Shown: positions 37,335 through 49,849 of the stretch, piece by piece
How the letters are laid out: the number at the start of each line of letters is the position of its first letter
Position numbering within the stretch: the first letter of the stretch is position 1
Assembly: GCA_001949185.1 (NCBI GenBank)
Contig: BDGG01000006.1
Location: 354,827-418,826, forward strand
Direction: 5' to 3'
Length of the DNA stretch: 64,000 bases
Source: Ramazzottius varieornatus
Lineage: Eukaryota; Animalia; Tardigrada
Notes under the pieces: generated by a model
What the model saw: only the letters and a program-made list of their open reading frames with translations
What the model was told of the DNA's origin: nothing
The model's database searches: none
Made by a program: the position numbers and the translations under genes

Positions 37335-37972
37335 GGCTACAGTTACACCCTAGGGCGTAAAATTTAAATACCATCCGCTATAGTTACACCCAGGTCAATT
37401 TGACTTTAATACAACCTACTGCAAACTAGGCTAAAGTCACACCCTTTGTACTTTTACAACCCGAACAGAGCCACAGAGGAGCAAAAAATGTGGTTTATTT
37501 CTTTATGATAAACGATACAGGAGCAACACGTTTGATGGCAACCACGCCGTCCGTGTTTAACGCGTCCATATCTTCCTGGTCCAAGCGTAACTCCGGAATA
37601 CCGAAGTATTCAATTTGGTCTTCGTCGCCAAGAAGAAGGTTCTGGTCTGGTGGAGGGACTATGTCCTTGTCAAACTGTCGGGAGATGGGCGGGTCAATGA
37701 CTATCGCTCTTGTTCTCTTTCGTCTGGGCTGACCACAGAACGCTTCCCGGTATGCGGTGTGATGGAAGTACCATTTGGAAACCACTTCCTTGTCTTGTAC
37801 GTTTCCCTGTATGTTGACTAGACAACGCCTAATTTTGAAAGTTGGAGGTGTAACTATAGCGGTAAGGGATGTAATGTGCAGCGTGTATCTATAGCCGATT
37901 GTAATAAAATTTCACACCGAGGGTGAGACTATAGCGAAATGGGGTGTGAGGGGTGTAACTATAGGCTTAGCC
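37335..37972. mobile_element. Foldback-type element with subterminal CTATAGTTACACCC-like repeats
   Basis: The left end has GCTACAGTTACACCC and GCTATAGTTACACCC. The right end has several GGTGTAACTATAG-like reverse copies. No TSD was identified. Confidence 0.6.
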
Positions 37973-38319
37973 AAATTAAAATTCATCCGAAATTTTTGAC
38001 AGTCAAGTTTTTGATTCCTTAGTTTTCAGGAGCGCTCTCGTTTCATAGTTATGAACTGGACTTTTCTGACGCTCGTAGACGTCGCAGCCATAACCCCCTC
38101 ATTCTATGATATCCAGCAACGGAAGGCTATCACCGAAACATGCTTTCACTTTATATGTTGTAGCTGACGACTCGGTACATCAGCGCTGAACAGATGGATT
38201 CCTGAATGGTGCCACGTTGTTGACAAGTTCTACCTGCGGTTTTGGGACTTTCCATCTCGGTCTATGTGTTCCTGACCATACGGAAGTATTCTTGATATTC
38301 TGGCGAATCCATTGGAGGC

Positions 38320-39708
38320 ATGGGTAAGCACGTTCGAGGACAGAGGAGCTCGAGCTATCGAATTTGACGATTGTCGATCAATCAACAATCAGCCAACAAC
38401 CAGATTCTATCTTTGATTTTTTTGCAGGTGGTGTAGTCAGCTACTTCAAATCTTTCTTTGGCCAGAAGGAAATTCGGATATTAATACTCGGCCTCGATGG
38501 TAATTTGTCTCGAGTTTTTACATGAGGCAACTGTTATGCGGAAACCGAAAGAGAAGCTGAGAATTCATTGACGATTTTGTGCTTGCAGGAGCAGGGAAGA
38601 CGACCGTCTTATACCGGCTGCAAGTCGGAGAAGTTGTCACAACCATCCCCAGTAAGCCTCCCTTTTTCAGGATACTTCTCTGCCGTGGACAGCACTGTGC
38701 GCTGACATACTGTGCAAAGGAAAATTTATGTCGAGAGAAAATCTAATCACTTTTTCGAAATTCCCTTACAGCGATTGGATTCAACGTGGAGACAGTCACC
38801 TACAAGAACAACCTAAAATTTCAGGTACAAAATCTGGCACAACCTGACCGGGGTGTTTCACTTCATATCATAGCTCGTTAGTCGTGGACGCTAGGAGTCC
38901 TGTTTCTTCGAATTTTAGTGCTGGGATTTGGGTGGACAAGCATCGATAAGGCCGTACTGGAGGTGTTACTACGCTAACACCGATGCCATAATCTACGTGA
39001 GCCCTTGATCCTCGTACAAATCCCCCTGAATATTCGTGAAGCACTATCCCAGCATGCTGCTGTTTCTCTTGAAGGTTGTGGATAGCGCGGACCGAGAAAG
39101 GATGGGAATTTCGAGGCAGGAGCTGGTCAACATGCTCGGTAAGCAGTTTATTTCTCCAGAACCCCGTGTCACTCGCGCACCAAGTACCCGGTTTCACTGG
39201 CGCACTCATCAATTCGTTTTACTCGTGCACGCGCTACACCGTCTCACTGGCGCACTCAGTCTCCCGTTTCACTGGCGCATTGTGCCATATATAATCAGCG
39301 GAGTTTTGCGCCACTTCATCGTTTCGTTTAGAAGTTTCATACATTCACAATCACTTTGACAAACGTGATAATTTGGTTTGCTGTTTTTCCAGAGGAGGAA
39401 GAGTTAAGGACAGCTGTGATAGTGGTGCTGGCCAACAAACAGGATCTTCCTCAAGCCATGTCCGTAGCGGAAATCCACAAGGCTCTGGGCCTGGACGCGC
39501 TCAAAAACAGGACTTTCCAAATCTTTAAAGTGTCAGCACTTAAAGGCGATGGCCTTGAACCAGTCATGGAATGGTAAATTCATGGTCGAACAAAAGTGTT
39601 CACGGTCACGTTCACGACCTGTTTTCTACGATTTCACTGAAAGACTGAAACTACGCTCACTTTGCATTTGGTTACAGGTTAGCCAACGCGATGCAGGCAG
39701 CAAAATGA
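38320..39708 (+). CDS. Arl1: ADP-ribosylation factor-like GTPase 1 (multi-exon)
   Basis: Spliced product [58 protein letters not shown]...[42 protein letters not shown]...ANKQDL...[12 protein letters not shown], assembled with GT-AG introns. Confidence 0.95.
39165..39282. repeat. Degenerate intronic minisatellite (about 5 copies of a GTTTCACTGGCGCA-like unit)
   Basis: Units seen: gtgtcactcgcgca, gtttcactggcgca, gttttactcgtgca, gtctcactggcgca, gtttcactggcgca. Confidence 0.7.
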
Positions 39709-40080
39709 ACGTTTCCCGGTCTTGTACAGAGATTTACGAATTTCTTTCCTCGAAAAAGAGGATTCTATTTTGCATTTCCTCTGGTTTTCTTGCAGCGAAC
39801 TTTTATACGCACGAAAAGTCCGTAGCATCGTTACAGAAAGCTTTTTTATTCCATATTCCGTCGTATGACTCCTGATACATGTGTACAACTGTGAAAGTTT
39901 CTTGTCTTGAAGGGAAAGCCATGTTGGAGACAGGAGAACTGAAAGAACCCTTCTCGTATCAACCCGCAAGTGTCAATAAAACGAAAGAACAAGATCAAAC
40001 CAGGGACAGTAATCAGCCAGTGAAATGAGAACATGTGAACTCCATAGAAATGTTTGCACATGCAGTAAGCTAGCAGCTGT

Positions 40081-42836
40081 TCATGGTATCAAGAAGACAA
40101 TCTCAGGAATCTGTCCATCTTCAACGGAAGTACCGTTGTTGTTCCCGGGAGAGTAGATGAAGTTAAAGACTACCGGTGACTGTGTCGAGGTCTGTTTCAC
40201 CACTTTGCGAATACCACGAGTTCCGTAGAAGGAGTCGGGACCCTGTAGAATGAAGGAAGGTTCTTCAACGTCAGTGAAAAAGACTAAAGTCGACATGAGA
40301 GCTCGGTAAACACAACCGACAAGATCGTTTTCCAAATGGCGCATCTTGTCCGTGTTATTGGCCGATAGTGTGCATCACTTGGAGAAACGATCTTGATAAG
40401 TTTGTTTGTCTTCACAAATGGCGCACCTTTACGGTGTTGGTAGCTATAAGAGTGCGCCGCTTGGAAAAACGATCTGATTGAATGTGTATGATGAGCTCCT
40501 ATTAATATATTGGTTACCTTCAAGCAGGATGAAATTGTGTAATGGATGTTCGGTTGAATCTCGACGGGCTTCTTGAAGTTGACTCTGAAGATACTCTCAG
40601 ATCCATCTGATGAGAAATTGGTGTCGTGCTGGGCAACCACTTTTTGGTTGGAAGAGAGGATGATTTGGAGAGTGACGAGGTAGTCGGCGGGACCGTGGAC
40701 GGAGCCGTAAAGACCCAGTCCCACCACGTAGACCTGTCTGTCCACGGAGAACCTGTCAAGAAACGAATTCTTAAAAATTCGCCTCGCTTGTTAGGTTTTG
40801 ACCAGCTCGTATGACCTAAAGACATTTCACGTGTAACTTCAAATATCCAGGTTCAGCTTCATACCTGATTCGGTCCGCAGTGCCGCTGTAGCCCCAACGG
40901 TTATCCGTTTGTTGGAAGCGCGTCACGGTGTACTCCTTTCCCACAACACAGCTCCGAGGAATTTCCAAAAAGCGCGTTTCCGGCTTGGGATTGAGAGTAA
41001 AGTACAGAAAGAGGTCCTTTACTTCCGTATCAGTCAGCAAACCATTCTACACAGCCCAACGCGACTTTCAGAGTGTCGGAATGATACTGTATACCAAATA
41101 TACTTGAACATATTCTTTGAATAAAGTACCCGAGCAGGGACATTGGCGAACTCCTCGATAGTCATGACAGGAAATCTGATGAGTTCCAGGGCGGCACCTA
41201 GCACTTCACGCTTGCGTCCCGGGATGGTCGGCTTGCCCTGCCGGATGCACTCTTGTTCGGCCCACCTATCCGCACACCACCATCTTAAGCTTACACCACT
41301 AAAGAAACTTGGCAAACACGCTCACACGCGACCCAAGCTCATTAATCAACACGCATAACAAGCTTGCAACACGTTAAGGCGAGCTTGTTGAAACAAACAC
41401 ACGTACTTGTCGATGGCAATGAACAGCTTGATCTCACGAATGTGCAGAGTGTCGCGCTCCAGCACGGCACACAACGTCTCGTGGTCCAGCTCGAGGAACC
41501 CCGAACCTAAAAACAACAAAAAAAGTAAGAAATATCCTGAAAAATGAGAAAGAGGAATGTGTGATATACTTTTTATGACTGCAGTTATTCTGCCATTTTT
41601 CTACGGAGTACCGATCAGGGCCGTGCTGGGCGAAATCTGGCTGAAAATTGCGTGGGAAAATGGCAAAGTCAACTCCTGTCAAGGTTGTGCTCGGCACAGA
41701 CTCGAGAGGAATCATCGTAGAAAAAAGCCAGATTGCTATATTCTGTGACCCCAAAACAACTTCCACGGCTGCTACGTACCTTCGGCGTTGATAGCCTCGC
41801 TGGTGTTTTGGTCAATGGTCTCCATGCAGAGAGCGGCCAGTTCCGTCTCGTCGAAAAGGCGAGCTTGAGCCACCAGCAGGAAGGCATTATCGGCTCGGAG
41901 GTTCCGCTTGAGGAACTCCACGCAAGCCATCTGTAGTGCGGGCACCGAGTACTTCTTGGCGGCGTAGAGAGTCGTCATCACACTGTAGTGGCTGATATCA
42001 CCAAAGTCATCCGTGTACAGAAACCTGCAAAAACAGTCCGCATCACCATCTGTTCAAGATCGTAAAGTATATGTTCAAAGCCATAAAAGGAGTGAATATG
42101 AAGTCATGCGCATACTTTAACAGTGCGGAAAAAGCTGCAGGCTCAATGTCGGGAATGTGAATTTCCGTGTCGAGAGTGGCGAGATTCCCGTTGAACATGG
42201 CGTCAAAAACGGGAGATCCCATCGAGAGGACGAACCTGTAAGCAAGAGAATAATATTCCCCGTTAACAACACTCGCCAATCTCAATATGAAAATCCACCC
42301 GAGTTAATATTTGGCAGGTAGTAGAGTTAAAACGTGTAGCGCAAGGTCACAGTAGTCAACCGGAGATATTGACCCAATGGCTTGCTATGATAGAATGTGT
42401 GACCAACGGAATCTGCCACTGTTCTACGGTTTGTTCTATGCGAAAGCGATTACTTGTGAGCTGGGACGCGTTCTTCAGCTGCACCTTTCCCCACGACGAA
42501 GAGGACATCCGACAGGACAGTGTTGTTGTAGAGGTATGCCAGTCGTTCGTAGACACTACTCTTCCCATTCTGCCAGCACCAGCTGGCGACAGGATCCTGT
42601 TGGTTATGGACGACGTTCATCTGCTGGTCTTGTCCTTCGCCATTGCTGATGGAGCCACGGGCTGATACGCTGTTCCCACGTTCTCGTAACTCCGGGACAG
42701 GTATGGACGACGAAGAAGCTGCAGCGTTACCAGCTGGAGGGGATGCGGAAGGCGAGGTCTCGTTAGCATTCTCCGCAGCTGCAGCTGCACGCTGCTGGTT
42801 GGAGGCTTGCTTGCGTCCATTCGCCGAGGACGGCAT
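40081..42836 (-). CDS. BTB-BACK-PHR protein (BTBD1/BTBD2-like), multi-exon
   Basis: '[29 protein letters not shown]...VPAHK|[14 protein letters not shown]', '[14 protein letters not shown]', '[13 protein letters not shown]', PHR '[13 protein letters not shown]' and '[15 protein letters not shown]'. Confidence 0.93.
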
Positions 42837-43426
42837 AATCCCACCTGGAAATTTAAACAGAATACACTAACTTTGACACTGGTCCTACCGTCAATCATAA
42901 AGGGGCTCCATATTCCTCCCAGTCCTCTGCAATGAAAAAACCATCACATTGTTGCGGATGAATGGTCGGAATGGAAGAGCTTTGCTTCCATTGAAACCAG
43001 AGACTGAATCCAGTGCCATAAACAACAATCATCAGCTGCTCCGTCAGCTGGCCTTGACGTCACGAATTCACGGGTACGCCTCTGCCTGATGGTCTATAAT
43101 GTGCGCGAGTGATGCCATCGCATTTGAGTCGATTTGACTGTTCGCTCGACACTCTGTCACACCGCGTTGCCTTTCGATGGCGTCGTGCGCCACCTCACCC
43201 AGGTATACTAATCAACAACTTTTACTTCCGGGTTTCTACCTTCTTCCAGTAATCGTCATCCTCCTGTTACTTTTTTCAAGTTTCATATTGACATGATATT
43301 CCTATGCGTATCTAAGACAGTTTTATGGTTACAACTTACAGTAACAAAGTTTACAGAGTTCACAAGAATAACGAACCTCTGAGACCAGGAAGAGTTATCA
43401 CAGGAAACACAGGTCCAGACTAGAAG

Positions 43427-45056
43427 TTAGACGAGCATGTCGTAGAACTTATCCAGCTGAGCTTGCGCACGGTCCTTTAGATCTCGCAAAGTCAGAATTT
43501 GTTTTAGATTGAGAGGTACAGGTAACCTGTTCAAACAAGCTTCCATCGATTCGTTCTTGTAACCGAAAAAGTATTCCCGAAGAACATCGATGCACCAGTT
43601 CTTCAACATCGGGAAACTTTCTACGTGTCTTCTTTCCGCCTCGTCTTGCGAAGTCACCCCACGACCCGAACTCACGTCGTCCAAGTATTTCAGCAAGTAG
43701 TCCGAGTGCAGACAGCGACTTCGTGTCCGCCGGACAAATTCTTTCAAAACTGCCACACTTTCATCATCAGAACGATCTTTCTCTCCCGCTTCCTCTTCAG
43801 CTCCGTAAAACCAGTCAGGCCATTTGACGGTCTTCCCTGCTTGAACACAGCACTGGTACACCGCGCATAAAGTATGGTACGCTTTGAGACGGAAAGCATG
43901 ACGGAGCTGCATCGTGGCAGGCGGGGGAGAACCTTTCGAGAGGAGAAACTGCATTGTTCGCAGCTTCTCGGCGTGGTATCGACGAGCGTTCATCGTCGCG
44001 CTGTAAAGGATTATGCTTGAGACGTCCGTCTCCGGGGAATGAGCTTCCTTGATGATGTCCAGGTAGTTGTTCATGGCTTTCTCCAAGTCCATCGTGATCC
44101 TAAAAGGATAAGAATAGTGGAAACACTGGTCATGGCAGGCCATCTGCTATAAAATCGTACAAAAAGATGGGACAAGTTAAAGGTCAAACGTACTGGAAGG
44201 CTTGCCACGATTTTGCGTTTGCGCTATTCGAACGAAATTTCGCGAAGTTCAGCAAAATAATCAATCCTTCTTACGCGAAAGCAGTGTCCAGAAGCGTCAT
44301 TTCCGTCTCAGGATTGGCCTGTTCAACATCGAAACCGGTCTCAAGGAGAATTTCCATCATGTAAGTGTCGCTGTTGGCAGCACAGTGGAAAATCAGTCCA
44401 CGGGGTGTGCTCGAATCAGCACCATAATTCAGGAGCGTCTTGACCATGGCGTGGTTACCCAACTGCACAGCCGTCGACAGGCACGTTTCTCCTTCCGGAT
44501 CGTTAGCCAGAAAGAACCTATCGTTGACTTTGGCTCCCCTTTCCACCAAGTACTCCATGGATGTGAGCTGATCGTGCAGGACAGCGCGGTAGAGTGGAGA
44601 GTTACCTTCGACGTCGCGACATTCCAGCTCGGCGCCGTGATCCAGGAGAAGTTCTAGTACTCGGCGGTTGACTGGGGTATTGCTGTAGGTCTCGTAGGCG
44701 AGCGAGTTGGGTCCGGAGGCTTCGAGGAGAGCCAGGTCCAGCTCGTGCTGGCCGAGAGGACCGAAGCCATTGGCCTGCGCCACTTGGGCGAGGTCGATGT
44801 CGGATCCGAATAACTCATCTTCCAACTCCTCCACGATGAACAGCAAGAAGGCTACGGTGTTTAGCGTCTCGGCATCTTCCAGTGTCGCCATCGGTACACA
44901 ATCAAAGAATAGATCATACAATAAATTCGCGTATAACGTTCGCGAAGGTTCGGAAGACACAAAATGACGGAAGTTCGGCAAACAAGCTCGAGTACTCGAC
45001 AAGATTGATTTTCCCAACTGGCGCATGTTTTCCAAGCTATAGCATAGCGAGTACAA
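43427..45056 (-). CDS. Ankyrin-repeat and SOCS-box-like protein (ASB-like); start uncertain
   Basis: Ankyrin repeats 'LLLDHGAELECRDVEGNSPLYRAV' and 'GETCLSTAVQLGNHAMVKTLLNYGAD'. SOCS-box-like C-terminus 'PMLKNWCIDVL...LNRLPVPLNLKQIL'. GT-AG introns join the two long ORFs via a short exon. Confidence 0.75.
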
Positions 45057-45713
45057 TCAGCTGGCTGCTCCTTCGCTGCCGCGCCGTCCCCCCGGGCCAT
45101 AGCACGCACCATGGCTATAGGCTGGAAGCGTGCGTCACTTGGGAAAATCAAACGCAGTCCAGTTACTCCAGTGATGCTGGACCAGTTAACGTACTGTGAT
45201 TCTTCTTGGACTTGGCGAACTGACGTCACAGTACGACTAGAGTTTAGGGGTACGGTGACACATAAAACACATACTTACTGTGACGAAATTCGCGTGAGTT
45301 CCAGAAGCATTACAGTACGTAGCGTTTCAAGGCGGGCATAGAGGCTAGAGCGGCTGTGCCAACCGGCACTCAGTTTGGAGCTTCTAGCCACATGGCTTTT
45401 CTCTGGGATATCGTTCACTGAAAACGTCCCGAACTGAACAAGGCCGCAAGGCGTGCGAACGGGACTATTCTTGTACGAGCTGGTACTGCCGTTTCGATCG
45501 AAATCTTTAAATGACGAATTCAAGCCGGTCGACCGGCTTTTTCGTGGAAACGTTTTTGTCTTCCTGTGATGTCAGTTCGAGCATGGAGATTCGGCCATTG
45601 GCGTAATCGGCTTGGAAGTGGTTGACTGAATCTTCATATTGATAGTATGCGAGAAGGCTTGGGTTTTCTCCGTGTTGTCGGACTCCTGAAGAGCTGCGTA
45701 ACTCGGTCCGATT

Positions 45714-45900
45714 TTAACGATGGCGGTAGTGGTACGCGGTCTGAGCCCATGCAGCTGTAGATGGTTCTGCCATAGTTTCGACCAGCGCAACGACGTCCAC
45801 CTTCCCATCTTCCATCCATCTCTTCACTTCATCGCTCTTGCTTCTAATTCCATTAACATTCGCGTAACGGATTACAAGTTTCTTTCCTACTTCTCCCGTA
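45714..45900 (-). mobile_element. Fragment resembling the N-terminus of an APE/EEP endonuclease of a non-LTR element
   Basis: 'LVIRYANVNGIRSK...VDVVALVET' resembles the NV.G...D...L.ET motifs. No RT was found nearby. Confidence 0.45.
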
Positions 45901-46929
45901 AACTGTGGTACAGGCATCTCGACAGACCTGAAAGAGAATATCGCAGAAGGCAAAGCAATTCTCGGAGCTTATAGAGACTTTGGCCAAAGCACCATAGGGT
46001 ACAAATGTACCTGGTAGTATTGTATGACCTTCGGGTTGAGTCTCAAGCTGTGGTGATGGCAAGCCGGATGCAGGTTTGATCCCGTGGAGGAAATATGGCT
46101 GGAACGTCAGGGACGCATAATCAAGCTGATTTTGAAAACGTCTTTTTTGAGCATCACGAACCCTCAAAACTGCACTGTTTTCGGTACGAGTACAGTTCTA
46201 TGAAAGGCTGGGTTCATTTAGTGGTAGTCTATGAGGTCGTTATGAAGATCACGACGAACCTGCGTTCAGAAAGGCGATTATGTGCAACCCAACGGTGGGT
46301 TGCTCGTAACGACTCAAAACTCGTTCATAACTGACGCGGCGGGCTTCACGCGGCAAAAATTCCATATCGGCATGTTACTGAAACTTCCTTGCAGAGATGC
46401 GAAAAAATTTAACATCGGCTTGTTTGAGAGCCCAATTGTGACACCTTGTTTCGGTAAGCAGCCTGTCGTACTAGTAGTTTGGTGACTTCCGTAGAGCGGT
46501 ACCGAAAAAGTGCAGTTTTGAGGGTTCGTAATGCCATGTACCGACAGTTGATTTGTTGATCAGGGCGGAGAAAAATTACGTGATCGTGAAGAAAAAACAC
46601 TGGGCTCTGTAAACCGCGTAGGAATGAGGAGAATGGGATCACTGCGAAGGAAGTTTTGAATGACTGGGATAGTTACGGGAGACAGCTCTAGCTGTCATGT
46701 CTTCATTTTCGACTCAAAAGAACATTGAGCGTCGCAGCTAGCTCTTAATTTCAGAAACAGAACCAAGACTCCAGAAATTCTCAGGATACCGCGCGTAACC
46801 TGATCGCGTATCCTGGTCCAAAAGTCCAGATTAAATGTATTCAACTGGTAACGGCAGAGAAAAGCAAGCACTTCACGAACACCAAGTATGAAGTATAGTA
46901 TATACTGTTCATCGTGCAAGTCAAAAGAT

Positions 46930-48937
46930 TTACAAGACGAAACCGACAGTGTATACTGTTAAGATGGTCACAATGCACGTGTGTACCGCTGGTCCGTCGG
47001 ATGTGGGAGTAGTTGTAGCGGCTGCTTCAGCTTGACCACCTCCAGTTTGGACTAAAGGAATAGCAGTCGGATTAGCGCTGACGGGGTCCACGGGTGATGC
47101 CGGTGTTAATACTTTCCCTGTGATGCTTGCATTGTTGCAGCTATTCCCCGTAGTGCAGAGGCAGATCGTCAGTCGATTACCGACATTAGTTTTCGGAGGG
47201 CAAACGGCGCTTCCCCCAGGATTGCGTAGTTCGTTAAGATATGGAGTTTCAATTTTTGAGTTATCGAAGCAACTTCTGTACACGCACCTGGCCTAAGTCT
47301 TGGCATGGACAAAAGTCTTGGCAAGTGGTTTCCGAAACAGCGGCTCCGCCAGCTGTGTTCGCTTACGGTTGAAACAGAACCGGCTTTCGCCACACACTTG
47401 CGGCTCTACAGAGAGACGAACGTTCTACAAAACTGATGGAAACCTGATCTGTTCTCCATTTTCAACAATCTATTAACGCCTTTTCGATAGTCGAGGTAGA
47501 AAAGAAAATGGAGAAAGGAAGAACTGGCATCACTGAGAATTTTCGGAAATAAGAACTTACCTTTGACGAAGCCTATTTCATCCACGAAAGAACGCAGATT
47601 ATGGTTGTTCATCGGTAAACCACTATTTCCAAATGCGATCAACATGTCTACTAGGAGAGCTTCTTCTGTCGTGTCCAGCTTCGTCTTTCGGCCGAACTTC
47701 TGAGCTGTAGGTGATCTTGACGATGGTTATCCGGGGAACACGAAACGTGAGCGAAGCTTGCCGAGCTGACAACCCGTTGGCCACTGCGCGAACTGCATCC
47801 ATCAGACTTTCCTCGGTATACTTCCGGCGTGTCTTGCTCTTAAAACCTTCCGACATTTGCTAAGCTCAAGTTACTCAAGACTGGAAGAAAAACTCAAGAA
47901 AGAGTACGACAGAATTTCAAATGATACTGGAGTGACTGAACAATAAAAAGCGCATTGCGAAATCCTGACTTCATGACGTCATACGACCAGTTTCTATTCC
48001 GATACAACATTCTTTGTGTTAAACTGCCGCCGGGCCGTGCTGCCAAGACTTAGGCCAGGCGCGTGTACAGGTATTTGACTGCAAAAAGAGCAATGTTCAC
48101 GACATGGGCAGCACCGACAAATTAATTCAAAATTGTCCGGAACAAATTAATTCAGTAACACCTGGTATGTTGACATCTCACTTTTTGCTACTGACTTAAT
48201 CGTCTAACTATCCAGTAATCGTCTCACTTTCAAATCGGGAAAGCGGTCGCGCACTACGACGCTAGTCATCTGAGCCGTGTCGAGCACTAAGTTTTGGGAC
48301 CTGACAACGCCATCTGATGTAGCAAGCATTGACTTAGACGACGCCAATGTCTGACCGCTTGTCTGCTTAATGATCAGACGACCACAACGGTAACATTTCA
48401 AGGGGCTAACATTTTGAACTAAGAAGCTTTGACTGTCTCGACGGCGTCATGATGTTAGACTTGGATGGAACTCTCAACTGGCAGTGTAGTGAAACAAAAC
48501 GAAAGTAGAAGAGCGGAGCCCATTTCCAGGCTCTCGAAGACATCTCTGCTTACTTGTATTGTTATCCGCTTGGTATTCCACTACCATTTCACAAGCCATG
48601 TTGGACGCCGGAACACCTGCATACCTAACAGAGTACTGCACTTCATAGATATTTCTGCACAACCGCTGGATTGCTGGAGGCGCAGTCCGGCTGGTTACTG
48701 CTTTCCCAGACGGATGGGCCCGAAGAGCAGGCTACGCACTCAGTGATGTCTGCAAAATGTCCTTCGGGGTAAGCATCTATGAGAGTATGCGGAACGTAAC
48801 TGAAATTTCAGTGATCTGATGGTGCGCGTACCAGCCGCAACTTCCGTCTTGGAACAACTGAACAGCACGGTCAAAAGTATCCAGGCACAGCTGAGACTGT
48901 ATCCTCCCGTCTTCCATGAAAGTTCCAGCACCATCAT
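46930..48937 (-). pseudogene. Ly6/uPAR three-finger (quiver/sleepless-like) GPI-type protein gene, disrupted
   Basis: Signal-peptide exon, exon 2 'ITECVACSS...DCA...ACEMVVEY' (frame-disrupted near 48645), and exon 3 'KYLYRSC...ICLCTTGNSCN' followed by a Thr/Pro stalk and hydrophobic tail. Intron phases match. Exon 3 is split by a transposon. Confidence 0.75.
47281..48065 (-). mobile_element. Internally deleted pogo/Tigger-like DNA transposon (785 bp)
   Basis: 25-bp TIR CACGC(A/G)CCTGGCCTAAGTCTTGGCA with a TA TSD. Internal ORF 47623-47856 carries the HTH-psq motif 'RKYTEESLMDAVRAVANGLSARQASLTFRVPRITI'. Confidence 0.9.
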
Positions 48938-49849
48938 TGTTGAGTACAACAGTAATCTTAATAAGCTCGTACTGAAACGAAACAAAACATCCACCCTGGA
49001 GAATAAGACCTTATGGAATAAGTCGTTTATTCTGAGATATACGTAATTTAGGAAGACACTGCAATTCTGGGGTTTCCATAGAAAAGAGTGGTCGCAGATG
49101 TTGCGAGCTCGAAGGACAATGGTCGTGGAGGATGCTGAACTAATTTAATTTCTGCGTAGCGAAAAGGTAAAACGATCCGAGATGTTAGAATAGGATAAAG
49201 AAAGGTGGGTGCTGAAGATGAACTCAATTCGTTGCTGCTTAACTTAGTATTGTGATCCTTGTACACTCACTACTGTGCCGCATATGATTACAGAAAGGGT
49301 TCTCACATTATGCGGTATGACTTTCGTGCAAAAACAACTTAACTGTGCGTCGGCGACTGCCATAACGTTGCTCGAAGTTGCTTTTATTCCCTCTATACGG
49401 TAATTTACTTGGTTTTTCACATACAACATTATGACAGAAAGTTCTGATAATCTTCATTTTCTGGTGCCAAACAGCCAATAACGCATAACAGTCAAGTGAC
49501 AAAAACTTTAGTACCTAGCCCGAAGGATGTTTTTTTAAATCTAGGACGACAGCAGATTTGTCTCGTTCAGACACACAGCTAAGGTTTAACTAGACGATCA
49601 TAGACTGAAATCCGTCCGCAAGACTAACACTGTACCCTCTGCTGATGCAATAGTGATAGTTAATGGCGTAATGCCTACAGGAGTGTGCGTTCGCAGTTTC
49701 GATTTGAGTGGCTTGAAAGGTGCAGCGCTTCTTCGGCTCCGTTGTGCAGTTACATCCGCAAGGAGCAGACTTGGATCACGGACAACATAAATATCTGGCC
49801 ACGCGGCACGGATGATAGTGGTCGGCAGTCAAACGCATAGAGCTGGACT

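Noticed and set aside
38920-38945. Arl1 switch region reads [11 protein letters not shown] rather than VWDLGGQTSIR
   Set aside because: The changes are minor and the catalytic DxxGQ is intact; not enough to imply altered function.
39165-39282. Spaced repeats superficially like a CRISPR array
   Set aside because: The units are short and degenerate with irregular spacing, lie in a eukaryotic intron, and have no cas genes nearby.
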